Positions 9,808 through 20,545 of a stretch of DNA of 64,000 nt are shown here, piece after piece. The stretch is from Anaerolineae bacterium. Its GTDB lineage: Bacteria; Chloroflexota; Anaerolineae; Aggregatilineales; UBA3940. The position numbers were made by a program, and so were the translations under genes. The notes below the pieces were generated by a model. The model did no database searches and was not told the origin of the DNA. It saw nothing but the letters and a program-made list of their open reading frames with translations. The stretch is from NCBI GenBank assembly GCA_034434995.1, contig DAOTYF010000043.1, forward strand, positions 18,306 through 82,305, written 5' to 3'. The stretch's first letter is position 1. The number at the start of each line of letters is the position of its first letter.

Positions 9808-11056
9808 TCAGCAACACCTTCAAACCCCTGAAAACGCACGACAGAAGCGGGCCGATCAGAAGACAATTGTGGTTATTGGCACGGGCTATGTGGGCCTTCC
9901 AGCCGCATTGATGCTGGCAAAAGCAGGCCACTATGTTGTGGGGGTGGACATAAATGAAAATATCGTTCGTGCGATCAACGATGGGGTGATGCACATCCGC
10001 GAGGATGACCTGCAACGCCTTATGGACGACCCCGAGGTTAGGGCGAATCTACATGCGCAGTTGACCCCTTGCGAGGGGGATGTTTTCATCATTGCAGTGC
10101 CAACCCCTGTTGATCGCCGCAAGAAAGTGGCTGATCTACGGGCTGTTGATGAAGCTATCGGGTGTATCATTCCCTATCTGCGCCCCGGCAACCTGATCAT
10201 TGTTGAGTCCACCGTTCCTCCCCTGACCTGCCGCGAGCGCATCACCCCGATGATCGAGTCCAAGACGGGTCTTAAGGTGGGTGAGTCAATCTATCTGGCG
10301 CATTGTCCTGAGCGCATCCTGCCGGGAGATATCTTCTACGAAATTGTTCACAACGACCGGATCATCGGCGGGATCAATGAGATCACTCAAGACAAGGCCG
10401 CCGAAGTCTATGCCAGCTTCGTCAAGGGGCAGCTTTACAAGACAGACGACATAACCGCAGAACTCGTCAAGCTGATGGAGAACGCCTACCGCGATGTGAA
10501 TATCGCGCTCGCCAATGAGTTCAATGCGGTCGCAGAGACCTTAGGGATCGACGGGCGTCGGGCAATTGAGCTGGCTAATAAGCACCCACGGGTCAGCATT
10601 CTTATGCCTGGGATCGGCGTGGGTGGACATTGCATCCCCATCGACCCCTGGTTCATCAAGGAGGTCGATCCTTCGAACTCCAGGCTGATCTTCACATCGC
10701 GTCTCATTAACGATGAGATGCCTCATCGGATTGCGGGCAAGATTCGCCGTGAGGTGAGCGCCATTCCGATCCCCAAGGTGGTGGCGATTGGTGCAGCCTA
10801 TAAACCCAACACCGAGGATGTGCGCGAGAGTCCCGCCGTGGAGATCGTCCGGTTGCTGCGTGAAGACGGCTATGACGTTTTGCACTACGATCCGTTGGTC
10901 GAAGCAATGGGTTACGAGTCGTTGGTGGACATATGCCGGGGGGCCGATCTGCTGGCAGTGTTGGTGCCTCATGACAGGGTACTGGCCGAACTGGAACGCG
11001 ACAGAGCCGCGATAGAAAGCGCGATGCGTACGCCGATCATTCGTCACTATCAGTAG
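9794..11056 (+). CDS. wecC: nucleotide-sugar dehydrogenase, UDP-N-acetyl-D-mannosamine dehydrogenase-like
   Basis: Start trimmed to ATG 9794, giving a 14-nt overlap. IVVIGTGYVGLPAALMLA is the NAD fold. VGGHCIPIDPWF is the catalytic-Cys motif characteristic of the WecC/Cap5O branch rather than Ugd. Confidence 0.75.
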   Translation: MAVVDQQHLQTPENARQKRADQKTIVVIGTGYVGLPAALMLAKAGHYVVGVDINENIVRAINDGVMHIREDDLQRLMDDPEVRANLHAQLTPCEGDVFIIAVPTPVDRRKKVADLRAVDEAIGCIIPYLRPGNLIIVESTVPPLTCRERITPMIESKTGLKVGESIYLAHCPERILPGDIFYEIVHNDRIIGGINEITQDKAAEVYASFVKGQLYKTDDITAELVKLMENAYRDVNIALANEFNAVAETLGIDGRRAIELANKHPRVSILMPGIGVGGHCIPIDPWFIKEVDPSNSRLIFTSRLINDEMPHRIAGKIRREVSAIPIPKVVAIGAAYKPNTEDVRESPAVEIVRLLREDGYDVLHYDPLVEAMGYESLVDICRGADLLAVLVPHDRVLAELERDRAAIESAMRTPIIRHYQ

Positions 11057-11063
11057 CAACGGC

Positions 11064-12926
11064 TTGTTTCGCGTAGGCACAAGTGCCATGTTCCACCCTC
11101 TGGGGGTTCTGCTCATTCCTATCGGGTATCTGTTCCTTTGGCCGCTCGTTGATCGCTTCCTGGGTCCCGCAACGATCTACTCACCCCTGACCCGTGCCTT
11201 GGCTGCAATCGCAGCAAGTGTTGGCTCACTGAGTCTGATCCTATTCTGGTTAGGAATGGTTCCAGGGCGCTGGCTTACGGGTTGGTCGGCGCTGGCCGTT
11301 ATCGTGGCGGGACTCATTGCTGGCCTTGCCACTGATCGGACCTGGTTTGCGCCCGCCAAGTGGTGCGCCTACTGGCTGCGGCGCTGGCGTCAACTGGCGT
11401 GCCTTGATGTCGATAGCTTCTTGATGTGGGCGATCATTGGCTCGCTCTCTATCGTTCTGATCAGCAACCTCTATTACCCATTCCTAGGCGACGATACGCT
11501 GGCCCGGTACGGGCTGCATGCCCAGTTGATCTACCGAGCCAATCGTTTTCCAGAGTCTGTTGTGGGTTACCCACCGTTGGTCCCGATTGGTTATGCGGCG
11601 AGTTGGTTCGCGGCAGGCTACACAAACGAGCATCTCGCCAATTTGCTCCCCTTTGCAATGGCAGTGGGGTCACTGGGGGCTACCTTCCTGATCGGGCGCT
11701 TGGTGCTTGGAGTGCGTGGCGGCCTGCTGGCCAGTGCGTTGATGGCTCTGACGCCGCTCTTCATTCGCAACGCCACGCTGGGTTACACAGACATCCCGAC
11801 TACCTTCCCGTTGATGATGGCTTTATTGTTTGCAATGCACTGGTGGCAGACTGGCAGGGGACGCGATGCGCTTGCCGCGGGTGTCCTAGTTGGGTTTGCG
11901 CTGTTTACCAAACAATCTGCCCTGACCTGGCTCCCGAGTTTGGCGGCTGTTCCTGTTCTGTGGTTGATCTCCACGCGGCGAGAACCACTAACAGAACGCG
12001 GGCCGCGAGTGCTTCGGGCGTGGGCTGGGATGGTGCTTCCCTCGTTGGTGATCGCCCTTCCCTGGTACGTCAGGAATGGGATTCTCGGCGGCATGCCGAA
12101 TGTGATGCCTATCGCGGGCCTCTACCATCTGGCTGCTCCTATGACTGGCTGGCTTGGGTTGATACCCGCACTTGCCTGGCCCGCTGATTTCGGCCCGCTG
12201 CTAAGCTGGGTTTACGCGGCAGGATGGGTGATTGGGCTGCTCTACGCAATTAGGCAGGGCTGGCTGGTTATGAAGGGTCGGGGCAGCCCTCCTCCATTTG
12301 ATCTGCTCCTGGCGATCGTGCTTATTCCTTACTGGATCGCATGGTGGGTGCGATTTTCCTTCGATCCCCGTTTCCTGATCCTGATCCTCCCTATTATGGC
12401 AATATGGGCGGCCCGCCCTGTGAAGCTGGCTCTCGATCACATAGGCCAGCGTATGCCATTGCCACGCCCAGTATGGCAGGCCGTTGGAGGAACGTTGCTA
12501 GCCGGAGTTCTTATCTGGTCTTCGAGCGACCGGTTAGGCGGCCTGTACTGGGCTGTGACCCGGCCCTTTGCTACTGAGGAGGAGCGGGAACGCCGGGTAA
12601 GGGGAGAGTTGTACGATCTGGCACACTATCTTCACGACAATGTTGATCCTTCGACCAGCCGGCTCATCATTATGGATGGGCGCTTGGCCTACTACTTGTT
12701 GGATTATGACGTCACAGTCTCATATCCGCTGAGCCTGGCTGAACTACGAGGTTACGACTATCTCGTGCACTCTTCGTCGGTATTCTCTGTCTACAACGGG
12801 CGCCTGGGTTGGAATCAGAGCGAGTTCTACCAGCATATTTGGGACTCCCGGATTTTTGAGCCAGTCTACGAAAGTGGCGGGGTCCATATCATGCGAATCC
12901 TGCGCACCGATCTGCCTGTGCCTTAG
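11064..12926 (+). CDS. GT-C membrane glycosyltransferase, PMT_2/ArnT (GT39/GT83)-like
   Basis: TTG at 11064 or ATG at 11088. Many TM helices. YYPFLGDDTLARYG is an acidic first-loop motif, FALFTKQSAL is present, and there is a C-terminal soluble part. Confidence 0.7.
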   Translation: MFRVGTSAMFHPLGVLLIPIGYLFLWPLVDRFLGPATIYSPLTRALAAIAASVGSLSLILFWLGMVPGRWLTGWSALAVIVAGLIAGLATDRTWFAPAKWCAYWLRRWRQLACLDVDSFLMWAIIGSLSIVLISNLYYPFLGDDTLARYGLHAQLIYRANRFPESVVGYPPLVPIGYAASWFAAGYTNEHLANLLPFAMAVGSLGATFLIGRLVLGVRGGLLASALMALTPLFIRNATLGYTDIPTTFPLMMALLFAMHWWQTGRGRDALAAGVLVGFALFTKQSALTWLPSLAAVPVLWLISTRREPLTERGPRVLRAWAGMVLPSLVIALPWYVRNGILGGMPNVMPIAGLYHLAAPMTGWLGLIPALAWPADFGPLLSWVYAAGWVIGLLYAIRQGWLVMKGRGSPPPFDLLLAIVLIPYWIAWWVRFSFDPRFLILILPIMAIWAARPVKLALDHIGQRMPLPRPVWQAVGGTLLAGVLIWSSSDRLGGLYWAVTRPFATEEERERRVRGELYDLAHYLHDNVDPSTSRLIIMDGRLAYYLLDYDVTVSYPLSLAELRGYDYLVHSSSVFSVYNGRLGWNQSEFYQHIWDSRIFEPVYESGGVHIMRILRTDLPVP

Positions 12927-12970
12927 GAATCCAAGGGGGCTGGCCTGCCGTCCCAGGAGGGTCATAGTCA

Positions 12971-14152
12971 GTGCACATTATCGCTGTGCAGGAAACAGAT
13001 TGGCTGCGGCGTGGACCACACCAGCAGCATCACCTTCTTGAGCGACTCACCCTGCGCGGCCACACCGTTACTGTGCTGGATTACCCCATTTTACGCCCGC
13101 ACTGGCCGCGAGAGCCGTTCGTCAGCAGGCAGCGCGTGCAGGCCGACGTTGCTCGTATCTACGACACGGCACACATCCGGCTTGTGACTCCCGGCACGCT
13201 GAGTCTTTCCCTGCTCGCCAGGCCGTCCTCGGTCCTCTCCCACTATGTGGTGCTCAAAGGTCTGATCCGGGAGTCGCGCCCTGACCTGATCCTTTCCTAT
13301 GCGCTGAGCACGGGGCTTTCTGCTTTGCGCCTCGCGCGTCAGTATCGCATTCCCTACGTCTTCCACGTGATCGACTCTCTTCACGCAATCGTCCCAAGCA
13401 AGCTGCTTCAGCCCCTGGCTTATGCTGTTGAGCGCCACATTTTCCGGCTGGCAGATGAGGTGCTGGTCATCAATGAGCACCTGCGCGACTACGCAATCGC
13501 TATGGGTGCAGAACCGGAGCGGGCGCATGTGCTGCGGACGGGCGTTGATTTGCTCCGATTCACGCCGGGGCTGGATGGCAACCCGGTTCGCGCCAAATGG
13601 GGGCTGCGCGAAGATGATTTCGTGCTGTTCTTTATGGGGTGGCTCTATCCCTTCTCCGGTGTGCGCGAAGTGGCTGAATCCCTGCGTGAGGCTCCGCCTC
13701 ACGTTCGCCTGCTGGTAGTAGGGGATGGGGACGACTACCCAACGCTCAAGGCAATGCAAGCGGCAGGCCTGGGTGATCGGCTCGTATTGACCGGGCGCGT
13801 GACCTACAGCCAGATACCTGACCTGCTAGCTGCAGCAGATGTGTGTGTGCTACCTTTTCATTGTGTGCCTGCCACCGAACATATCGTCCCGATCAAACTA
13901 TATGAGTACATGGCCTCTGGCAAACCGGTGATTGCGTCGCCTTTGCCCGGTATCCAGCGCGATGTGGGGGAGGGAAATGGGGTGATTTACGCATGGCCTT
14001 CACACCAAGTCTCGAAGGCCATCTCCAGTCGCGAGCAGGCCAACGAGCTGGGCAGGCAGGCTCGGCGCTTCGTAGAGATGCACTGTGATTGGGAGGCCAT
14101 CGCGGCAGAATTTGAGACACTGCTGAAGGAGGTGGTGGAGAGGCGCTTGTGA
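12971..14152 (+). CDS. glycosyltransferase family 1 (GT4-type)
   Basis: GTG start preceded by AGGAGGG. The LPFHCVPATEHIVPIKLYEYMASGKPVIAS region fits a GT-B C-terminal domain. Confidence 0.8.
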   Translation: MHIIAVQETDWLRRGPHQQHHLLERLTLRGHTVTVLDYPILRPHWPREPFVSRQRVQADVARIYDTAHIRLVTPGTLSLSLLARPSSVLSHYVVLKGLIRESRPDLILSYALSTGLSALRLARQYRIPYVFHVIDSLHAIVPSKLLQPLAYAVERHIFRLADEVLVINEHLRDYAIAMGAEPERAHVLRTGVDLLRFTPGLDGNPVRAKWGLREDDFVLFFMGWLYPFSGVREVAESLREAPPHVRLLVVGDGDDYPTLKAMQAAGLGDRLVLTGRVTYSQIPDLLAAADVCVLPFHCVPATEHIVPIKLYEYMASGKPVIASPLPGIQRDVGEGNGVIYAWPSHQVSKAISSREQANELGRQARRFVEMHCDWEAIAAEFETLLKEVVERRL

Positions 14153-16044
14153 TTGCCAGTATGGGAGCTGCGACCCTGTTTAATCTGCTAGCGCTGGCGG
14201 CGCTGGTTGGCGTGCCAGGCTGGCTTCTCCATCGCGCCTTTCTACGTCGGCTGGGGCTTTCGTGGCGCGTCTCCATCACATGGCTTCTAGCTGGGTTGAG
14301 TGTTCTCTTTTCCGATCTAGCAGCCGCTTTCCACTACCAGCTTTGGCTGATGATGGCCGCATGGAGCGTGGCGCTCATCGTGATGCTTGCCATGTGGCTT
14401 GCCAAAGTGCGCCAAGCGCAAGGAAGCCAGGCTCCTACGCTCGGCCCGGAACCAGATTGGCTATTCCATCTGTTTGTTGTCAGCATCTTTGTGGCGCCGG
14501 CCTTTATCCTATTTGTGCCACTGGATACCGATGCGCAGGGATTCGGCTACCTCGCACTGATGGTGCGCGAGGGAGGAACCATTCATACGCTGGCTCCCTG
14601 GCAGCCAGAGGTCGAATATTTGTACTCGCCAGCCCTCTTCGTGTGGTGGGCATTCCTTTCCGATCTGCTTCATCTGCCGCTCCATCAAGTGATGTTGCCG
14701 TTTTCTCACCTCATGGGTGGGGTAGCTGTGCTTCTGAATATTGATCTGGCAAGGGCATTCATGCCAGAGGCTGCCCGCGCCCGTTGGATATTGCCTCTCA
14801 CAACTATCTTCGGATTGGGGCTGTTCCTGGCACTGATGGATTCCCACTACACTACTGTCACAGCGCTGGTGTTTGTGATCCTCTTTCTGGTGCTGGCTTT
14901 CCAATCGGTGCAGCACAAGCAGCTAGAACTTGGCCTCATGGCGTCTGTTGCATTGGCAGCGGTCGCCCTGACACACCCAGATACCACCATTATCCTCTTG
15001 CTAGGCTATGTGCCCTTCTATGCTACTTTTTGGATCAGCCGGGCCGAGTGCCGTACCCCTTCTGCTTGGTTGCAGCTTTTCGTTCTGATCCCAGCCGTAG
15101 GGGTGGTCCTCACAATCCCCTGGCTTTATCAAGTGTGGCCCCTTTTCTTCGAGGAATATGTCGCCTCGCCCTTTGTGCCCAGCGGTGGTCACATGACTCA
15201 GTTGGTGGTTTATCAGGGTGTGCTGATCCCTCTGCTGGCGGTGTTCGGGTTGATCCTGGGTGCACGCAGGCGCTCGCTGCCCGATGTATTGATGCTGGCC
15301 TGGGCAGCTCTCCTGGTTGATTTCTCAATCTTCGGACTCCTCGACACTGTCATTGACCTGACTGGTCTCGATATCATGCGTTATGCCTATCCCTTCAGCA
15401 TTGCTTGGCACGGCCCCGCACTGGTTTATCCCTATCTGGCCACCGTGACGGTTGAGCATGTGCTGGAGAGATGGCCGATTCGGCTGCCGCGTGTGCTGGG
15501 CATTGCGGGGTTGATAATAGGAGTGGCCGGTGTGATGCTCATTGTTTTCTTGCAGCGACCTTTGCTGACTGTGACACGCCCCTGGCTCAACTTCTATGGA
15601 GCATTTGCGTCTCGCGCTGATCTCGCGGCAATGGCCTATTTGCGCGAGAACACCCCACCTAGTGCGCTCATCTTGAATTATCCGCTTGGGTTTGAGGGTC
15701 ACTGGGTTCCGGTAATCGCAGAGCGGGAGAGCGTGGCATTCCGTGACCAGCCCTTTTTCTCTGGCGCAGAACCCTACTACGAACGGGCGCGGGTGCTATC
15801 GGATCTTTACTTTAATCTTGGGCAATCCGGTGCCCACGAGACGCTGGTTGCGTATGGTGTGGCATACATTGTTATCCCTCAGATCGCTGCTGAACCGGGG
15901 CATTTCGAGGATACCGCTGATACTCTGCGGTGGCGCTGGCCGCAGGATGCGTGGTATCCTCTTGAAACGCCACCGACCAACATAGGCTGGTTGGAGTTGG
16001 TGTTTGAGCAGGACGGTGCGCAGGTGTGGCGCGTTCTGCCCTGA
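14149..16044 (+). CDS. large polytopic membrane protein with C-terminal soluble domain, GT-C-like
   Basis: GTGA overlap with the upstream stop. More than 10 hydrophobic segments, loop motif VPLDTDAQGFGY, and a roughly 150-aa non-hydrophobic C-terminus. Confidence 0.55.
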   Translation: MIASMGAATLFNLLALAALVGVPGWLLHRAFLRRLGLSWRVSITWLLAGLSVLFSDLAAAFHYQLWLMMAAWSVALIVMLAMWLAKVRQAQGSQAPTLGPEPDWLFHLFVVSIFVAPAFILFVPLDTDAQGFGYLALMVREGGTIHTLAPWQPEVEYLYSPALFVWWAFLSDLLHLPLHQVMLPFSHLMGGVAVLLNIDLARAFMPEAARARWILPLTTIFGLGLFLALMDSHYTTVTALVFVILFLVLAFQSVQHKQLELGLMASVALAAVALTHPDTTIILLLGYVPFYATFWISRAECRTPSAWLQLFVLIPAVGVVLTIPWLYQVWPLFFEEYVASPFVPSGGHMTQLVVYQGVLIPLLAVFGLILGARRRSLPDVLMLAWAALLVDFSIFGLLDTVIDLTGLDIMRYAYPFSIAWHGPALVYPYLATVTVEHVLERWPIRLPRVLGIAGLIIGVAGVMLIVFLQRPLLTVTRPWLNFYGAFASRADLAAMAYLRENTPPSALILNYPLGFEGHWVPVIAERESVAFRDQPFFSGAEPYYERARVLSDLYFNLGQSGAHETLVAYGVAYIVIPQIAAEPGHFEDTADTLRWRWPQDAWYPLETPPTNIGWLELVFEQDGAQVWRVLP

Positions 16045-16051
16045 ATTGCCC

Positions 16052-17278
16052 ATGAGTACTACCGCCCCAGAACGCCTGCGGATTCTCCATATTGTGCCCT
16101 ATTTCAACCCTGCTTGGGCTTATGGAGGGCCAGTTCGCGTTGCCTACGAGTTGAACAAGCGGCTGGTTGAACGTGGGCATGATGTGCTCATCTACACCAC
16201 CGACGCGCTGGACTCCAGACAACGGTCTCCTGCGGGCGAGCAGGTCATCGATGGGGTCAAGGTTCGGCGCTTTCCTAACCTCAGTAACGATCTCGCTTGG
16301 AACCGCCTTTTTATTCCGCTTGGGTTTGGATGGCGCCTGGCGCAGTTGATGCGCCAGTTTGATGTGATCCATCTGCATGAGTTTCGCACCCTTCAAAATG
16401 CCTATGCTCTGCCCGGCCTGAGGAGGCATCGCCTGCCCTATATTGTGATGCCGCAGGGAGGCTTACCCCCTGAGCTGGGTCGCACTATGGTGAAGCACAT
16501 TTACGACGTGCTGTATGGGCGTAGGCTGCTCCGTAATGCGTCCCGGCTACATGCCCTAACTGAGATGGAACGCCAGCAGTATCGGGCGTTGGGGATACCA
16601 GATTGGCGCATTATCATCATTCCAAACGGCATTGATATAGCTGCATATGACTTTGAAGTCGATGTAGCGGAGTTCAAGCGCCGCAATAACATTCCGGAGG
16701 GCCGCCCGGTTGTAGGCTTCCTGGCAAGGCTCAACCGGATCAAGGGGCCTGAATTCCTGGTTGATGCTTTTGCGGAGGTGTTGAAGTATCACTCTGACGC
16801 CATTCTAATGCTAGCTGGCCCGGATGACGGTGTGCAGGCCGAGATTGAAGCTCAGATTGACCGTTTGGGGATCCGCGAGGCAGTGCGGTTTGTGGGCTAT
16901 ATTGGAGATGAGCGATCCAAGGCGGCGGCCTACCGTGCTTCTGATGTTTACGTGCTTCCATCGCGGTATGAGATTCAGGGGATCACCGTCATGGAGTCGC
17001 TTCTGAATGCCACGCCAACGATCACCACAGACCGATGTGGTCTTGCAACGCGCTTGGTCGAAGCCGGGGTCGCGCGCGCTGTGCCCTTCGGCTGCACGAC
17101 TGCCCTGGTAAAAGCGATCACGGAGGTTCTCTCGAATCCCGCCCAGGCAAGAGCTGAGGCAGAGCGCGGCAGGCAATTGATGGTGAAGAGTTTCAACTGG
17201 GATACCTTGACCGATCAGTGGATTGAGGTTTACCGCACGTGCATCGTGGAAGCATCCACCAGGCGACAGGCGGTGTAG
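16052..17278 (+). CDS. glycosyltransferase family 1 (GT4-type)
   Basis: Start trimmed to ATG 16052 (MSTTAPERLRILHIVPYFNPAWAYGGP). Motifs FLARLNRIKG and LPSRYEIQGITVMESL are present. Confidence 0.85.
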   Translation: MSTTAPERLRILHIVPYFNPAWAYGGPVRVAYELNKRLVERGHDVLIYTTDALDSRQRSPAGEQVIDGVKVRRFPNLSNDLAWNRLFIPLGFGWRLAQLMRQFDVIHLHEFRTLQNAYALPGLRRHRLPYIVMPQGGLPPELGRTMVKHIYDVLYGRRLLRNASRLHALTEMERQQYRALGIPDWRIIIIPNGIDIAAYDFEVDVAEFKRRNNIPEGRPVVGFLARLNRIKGPEFLVDAFAEVLKYHSDAILMLAGPDDGVQAEIEAQIDRLGIREAVRFVGYIGDERSKAAAYRASDVYVLPSRYEIQGITVMESLLNATPTITTDRCGLATRLVEAGVARAVPFGCTTALVKAITEVLSNPAQARAEAERGRQLMVKSFNWDTLTDQWIEVYRTCIVEASTRRQAV

Positions 17279-17287
17279 GGGTTTAAT

Positions 17288-19237
17288 ATGTGTGGGATCG
17301 CAGGGATCGTACGTTTGCCGGGCGGCCCGCCTATAGACGAGGCGCTGGTGCGGCGCATGGCCGATGTGATCGCTCATCGAGGGCCAGATGACTGGGGAGT
17401 ATATATCTCGCCCGACGGTCGGGCGGCGCTTGCTAACCGCCGCCTTGCGATCATTGATCGGTCTTCCGCAGGGCATATGCCGATGCCAGATGGCACGGGC
17501 AGACTCTGGATCACCTACAATGGCGAGGTTTATAACCACGCTGACCATCGGCCCGAACTGGAAGCGCGGGGCCACACCTTTCGAGGTCACAGTGATACGG
17601 AGGTTATCATTCGCCTCTACTGCGAGTACGGCGTTGAGGCCCTTCACAGGTTGCGAGGCATGTTTGCCATTGCGATCTGGGACGCGGATAGACAAGAGTT
17701 GTTCTTGGCGCGTGACCGCCTCGGTGTCAAGCCACTCTACTATACCTTCGCAGGTAGCCAGTTCATCTTTGCCTCGGAGATCAAATCCATCCTTCTCCAT
17801 CCCGCCGTGCCACGCGCCGTTAATGAGGAGGCGCTGTACCACTACCTTTCTTTTTTGACGGCCCCAGCACCGCAGACGCTCTTTGCCGGCATCTCCAAGC
17901 TGCCGCCGGGGCACTTTGCGAAGCTCGGCCCGGACGGCCAGTTGACTGTGGCGGAATACTGGGATGTATACGATTCAGCCCAGCCGCATCCCGAATGGTC
18001 ACCTGAACAATACCAAGAGGCGCTGTTGGCCACGCTACGGGAGTCAATCCGCCTGCGAATGGTTAGCGATGTGCCGGTTGGCGTCTTCTTGAGCGGTGGG
18101 ATCGATTCGAGCACCAATGTGGCCTTAATGGCTGAGCATATGGATCGGCCTGTTCGGACTTTTAGCATCGGGTACGAGGGTCACCAGAAATACAATGAAT
18201 TCCAACATGCACGCTTGGTCGCACGACACTTTGGAGCGGATCACCATGAGGTGATCATTGATGAGGGAGATCTGGTCAGCTTTCTTCCTCACTTGGTCTA
18301 TTACCAGGATGAGCCGATTGCCGATCCGGTCTGTGTCCCAATCTATTATGTCTCCAAATTAGCGCGGGAAAGCGGAACGATTGTGATCCAGGTAGGCGAG
18401 GGCGCTGACGAATTGTTTGGCGGTTACACACACTGGATGGATGTTCTGCACCTGCATCGTGGCGTGTGGCGGGACTTTATGCGGCTCCCTACTTCGCTGC
18501 GCCGACTAGCGTTGGCCGCAGCTCCCCTCAGCCGGGATTCTATACGCTATGAATTTATCCGCCGTGCGGTGGCAAGCGAGGAGCTGTTCTGGGGCGGAGC
18601 TGAAGCGTTCGGCGAAGCGCGCAAGAACCGGCTGATCAGCCCCGCGCTTCGGAAACGGTTGGGCGATCTGACATCTTGGGATGTGATTCGGCCTTACCGC
18701 CAGCGGTTCGAGCAACGCAGCACAAACTCGGACTACCTCAACTATATGGCGTACCTTGACTTGCGCCTGCGCCTGCCGGAGCTGTTGCTGATGCGGGTGG
18801 ACAAGATGGCCATGGCAACCAGTGTCGAGGCCCGCGTGCCGTATCTGGATTATATTTTCGTGGGCCTAATGATGAGTATCCCGGAGCGAATCAAACTCGA
18901 TGGGGGTATACCCAAGCACCTGCTCAAACAAGCTGTGCGCGGTTTGATCCCGGATGTGATTATTGACCGGCCCAAGCAGGGATTTGCTGTTCCAGTTGAG
19001 GAATGGTTGCGAACCCGCCTGGGCAGCATGATGCGCCGCAAATTGCTCGACTTTGTGGTGCGAACTGACTACTTCCAACCAGAGGTCGTCCGGATGATGA
19101 TCGAACGCCGCGATTACCTTACCTGGTATCTGTTAAACTTCGCTTTGTGGCATGAACTGTGGATTGAGGGCTTACCCGTTGGCACTGTGACGCCTCAAGT
19201 TGACGAAGTTGGAGTTGGCGGGGTAACTGGAGGCTGA
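17288..19237 (+). CDS. asparagine synthase family glutamine amidotransferase (AsnB-like), copy 1
   Basis: MCGIAGIV provides the N-terminal Cys nucleophile. VGVFLSGGIDSS is the PP-loop. 649 aa. Confidence 0.9.
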   Translation: MCGIAGIVRLPGGPPIDEALVRRMADVIAHRGPDDWGVYISPDGRAALANRRLAIIDRSSAGHMPMPDGTGRLWITYNGEVYNHADHRPELEARGHTFRGHSDTEVIIRLYCEYGVEALHRLRGMFAIAIWDADRQELFLARDRLGVKPLYYTFAGSQFIFASEIKSILLHPAVPRAVNEEALYHYLSFLTAPAPQTLFAGISKLPPGHFAKLGPDGQLTVAEYWDVYDSAQPHPEWSPEQYQEALLATLRESIRLRMVSDVPVGVFLSGGIDSSTNVALMAEHMDRPVRTFSIGYEGHQKYNEFQHARLVARHFGADHHEVIIDEGDLVSFLPHLVYYQDEPIADPVCVPIYYVSKLARESGTIVIQVGEGADELFGGYTHWMDVLHLHRGVWRDFMRLPTSLRRLALAAAPLSRDSIRYEFIRRAVASEELFWGGAEAFGEARKNRLISPALRKRLGDLTSWDVIRPYRQRFEQRSTNSDYLNYMAYLDLRLRLPELLLMRVDKMAMATSVEARVPYLDYIFVGLMMSIPERIKLDGGIPKHLLKQAVRGLIPDVIIDRPKQGFAVPVEEWLRTRLGSMMRRKLLDFVVRTDYFQPEVVRMMIERRDYLTWYLLNFALWHELWIEGLPVGTVTPQVDEVGVGGVTGG

Positions 19238-19240
19238 GAG

Positions 19241-20521
19241 GTGCCGTACGATCCGTACAAGGACGGACTGCGGAACGTTACGCCTCGCCCGGCAATCCCG
19301 CATGTTTCTTTTCGCTCGGAGGATGTGCCCCTCGCCCCTCCCCGGAAGCAACCTCGAATCCCACCTCTGATTGTGATACCGTGGAGACAATTAGCTGGCA
19401 TCACTGTGCTGGCATTGCTGGTTGGAGCGGTGTGGCTTTGGCTAAACCGTCCCAGCCAGGAGGACGTGGCCGCTGTCCAGGAGGAAGTCGTTCTTTTTGT
19501 GACGGCAACCCCGCCCTCTTCTCTCCTCCAGACGGCTACTTCTGTCTTACCTGTTGAATACATTCTCTCGCTTTCTCAAACGCCTGAAGCGAGTCCCATT
19601 GCGCTTCCCATGCCCGATAGCGAAGTGCTTCCTATACCTACAGTTACACCCGCTTTTGTCGCGTTAACGCCATCTTTCAACCTGCCACAGAGCCACATCG
19701 TCTACGTCTGCTATGTAGATGGCTCCGACGAAATCTGCCTGATGAATGCCGATGGCTCCAACCAGCAGCGGCTGACCTATCTAAGCGGCACAGATTGGTA
19801 TCCATCTCTTTCGCCCGATGGGCAGACCATCCTTTTCTCGTCACAGCGAGGGAATGGGCCATTTGATATTTACGCGCTCAGCCTGCCAGGGGGGGAGATT
19901 CGCCGTCTTACAAGGGACATGGGGGATAACTACGCCCCCGAGTTTTCCCCGGATGGCACGCGGATTGTGTTCACGTCCACCTACGGGGGAGGAATGGATC
20001 ACACGGACCAGAATATCTGGGTGATGAATGCCGATGGCTCCAACCCCACTCAGATCACATTCGAAACCTCTGACGATATCGATCCCTCCTGGTCGCCAGA
20101 TGGAACGCAGATTTCGTTTGCTTCCAATCGGATGGGGACGAAGGAGTTGTTTGTCATGAATGCTGACGGTTCCAACGTGCGCCAGCTAACGACGGCAGTG
20201 AGCATCGGCGGACGTAACGACTGGTCACCTGATGGCCGTTACCTGACCTTCTATGCCGGGCCGGGGAGCGACAAAGACATCTTTATTATCCCCATTGAGT
20301 GCACGCTGTTGGTGCACGGCTGCGACCGTAGCCTGATCCGCCGTCTTACCAACGGAGGCAGCAACAAGGGCCCCTCCTTTTCACCAGATGGACAGTGGAT
20401 CACCTTCGCATCATCTCGCGATGGCGATAATGAAATCATGATCATGCGGATCGACGGCACGGAAGTCACGGCCCTGACTTTCAATGATTATGCTGATTGG
20501 CAACCGCGCTGGGGACCCTAG
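19241..20521 (+). CDS. membrane-anchored PD40/TolB-like beta-propeller repeat protein
   Basis: GTG start 9 nt after GGAGG. One TM segment (ITVLALLVGAVWLWL). Units of the form MNADGSNxxxLT...SPDG are repeated. Confidence 0.8.
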   Translation: MPYDPYKDGLRNVTPRPAIPHVSFRSEDVPLAPPRKQPRIPPLIVIPWRQLAGITVLALLVGAVWLWLNRPSQEDVAAVQEEVVLFVTATPPSSLLQTATSVLPVEYILSLSQTPEASPIALPMPDSEVLPIPTVTPAFVALTPSFNLPQSHIVYVCYVDGSDEICLMNADGSNQQRLTYLSGTDWYPSLSPDGQTILFSSQRGNGPFDIYALSLPGGEIRRLTRDMGDNYAPEFSPDGTRIVFTSTYGGGMDHTDQNIWVMNADGSNPTQITFETSDDIDPSWSPDGTQISFASNRMGTKELFVMNADGSNVRQLTTAVSIGGRNDWSPDGRYLTFYAGPGSDKDIFIIPIECTLLVHGCDRSLIRRLTNGGSNKGPSFSPDGQWITFASSRDGDNEIMIMRIDGTEVTALTFNDYADWQPRWGP

Positions 20522-20545
20522 CCGTTCGTATACCTATCCTTGTCG

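Noticed and set aside
16811-17914. A 367-aa minus-strand ORF, plus similar long antisense ORFs at 372-971, 13091-13759, 32534-33223, 33970-34692, 36976-37602, 41314-41901, 47533-48183 and 53193-53918.
   Set aside because: Each lies antisense to a CDS with strong family motifs. Their translations are Arg/Pro/Gly/His-rich low-information sequence, typical of open antisense frames in GC-rich DNA. None has a recognisable motif or RBS.
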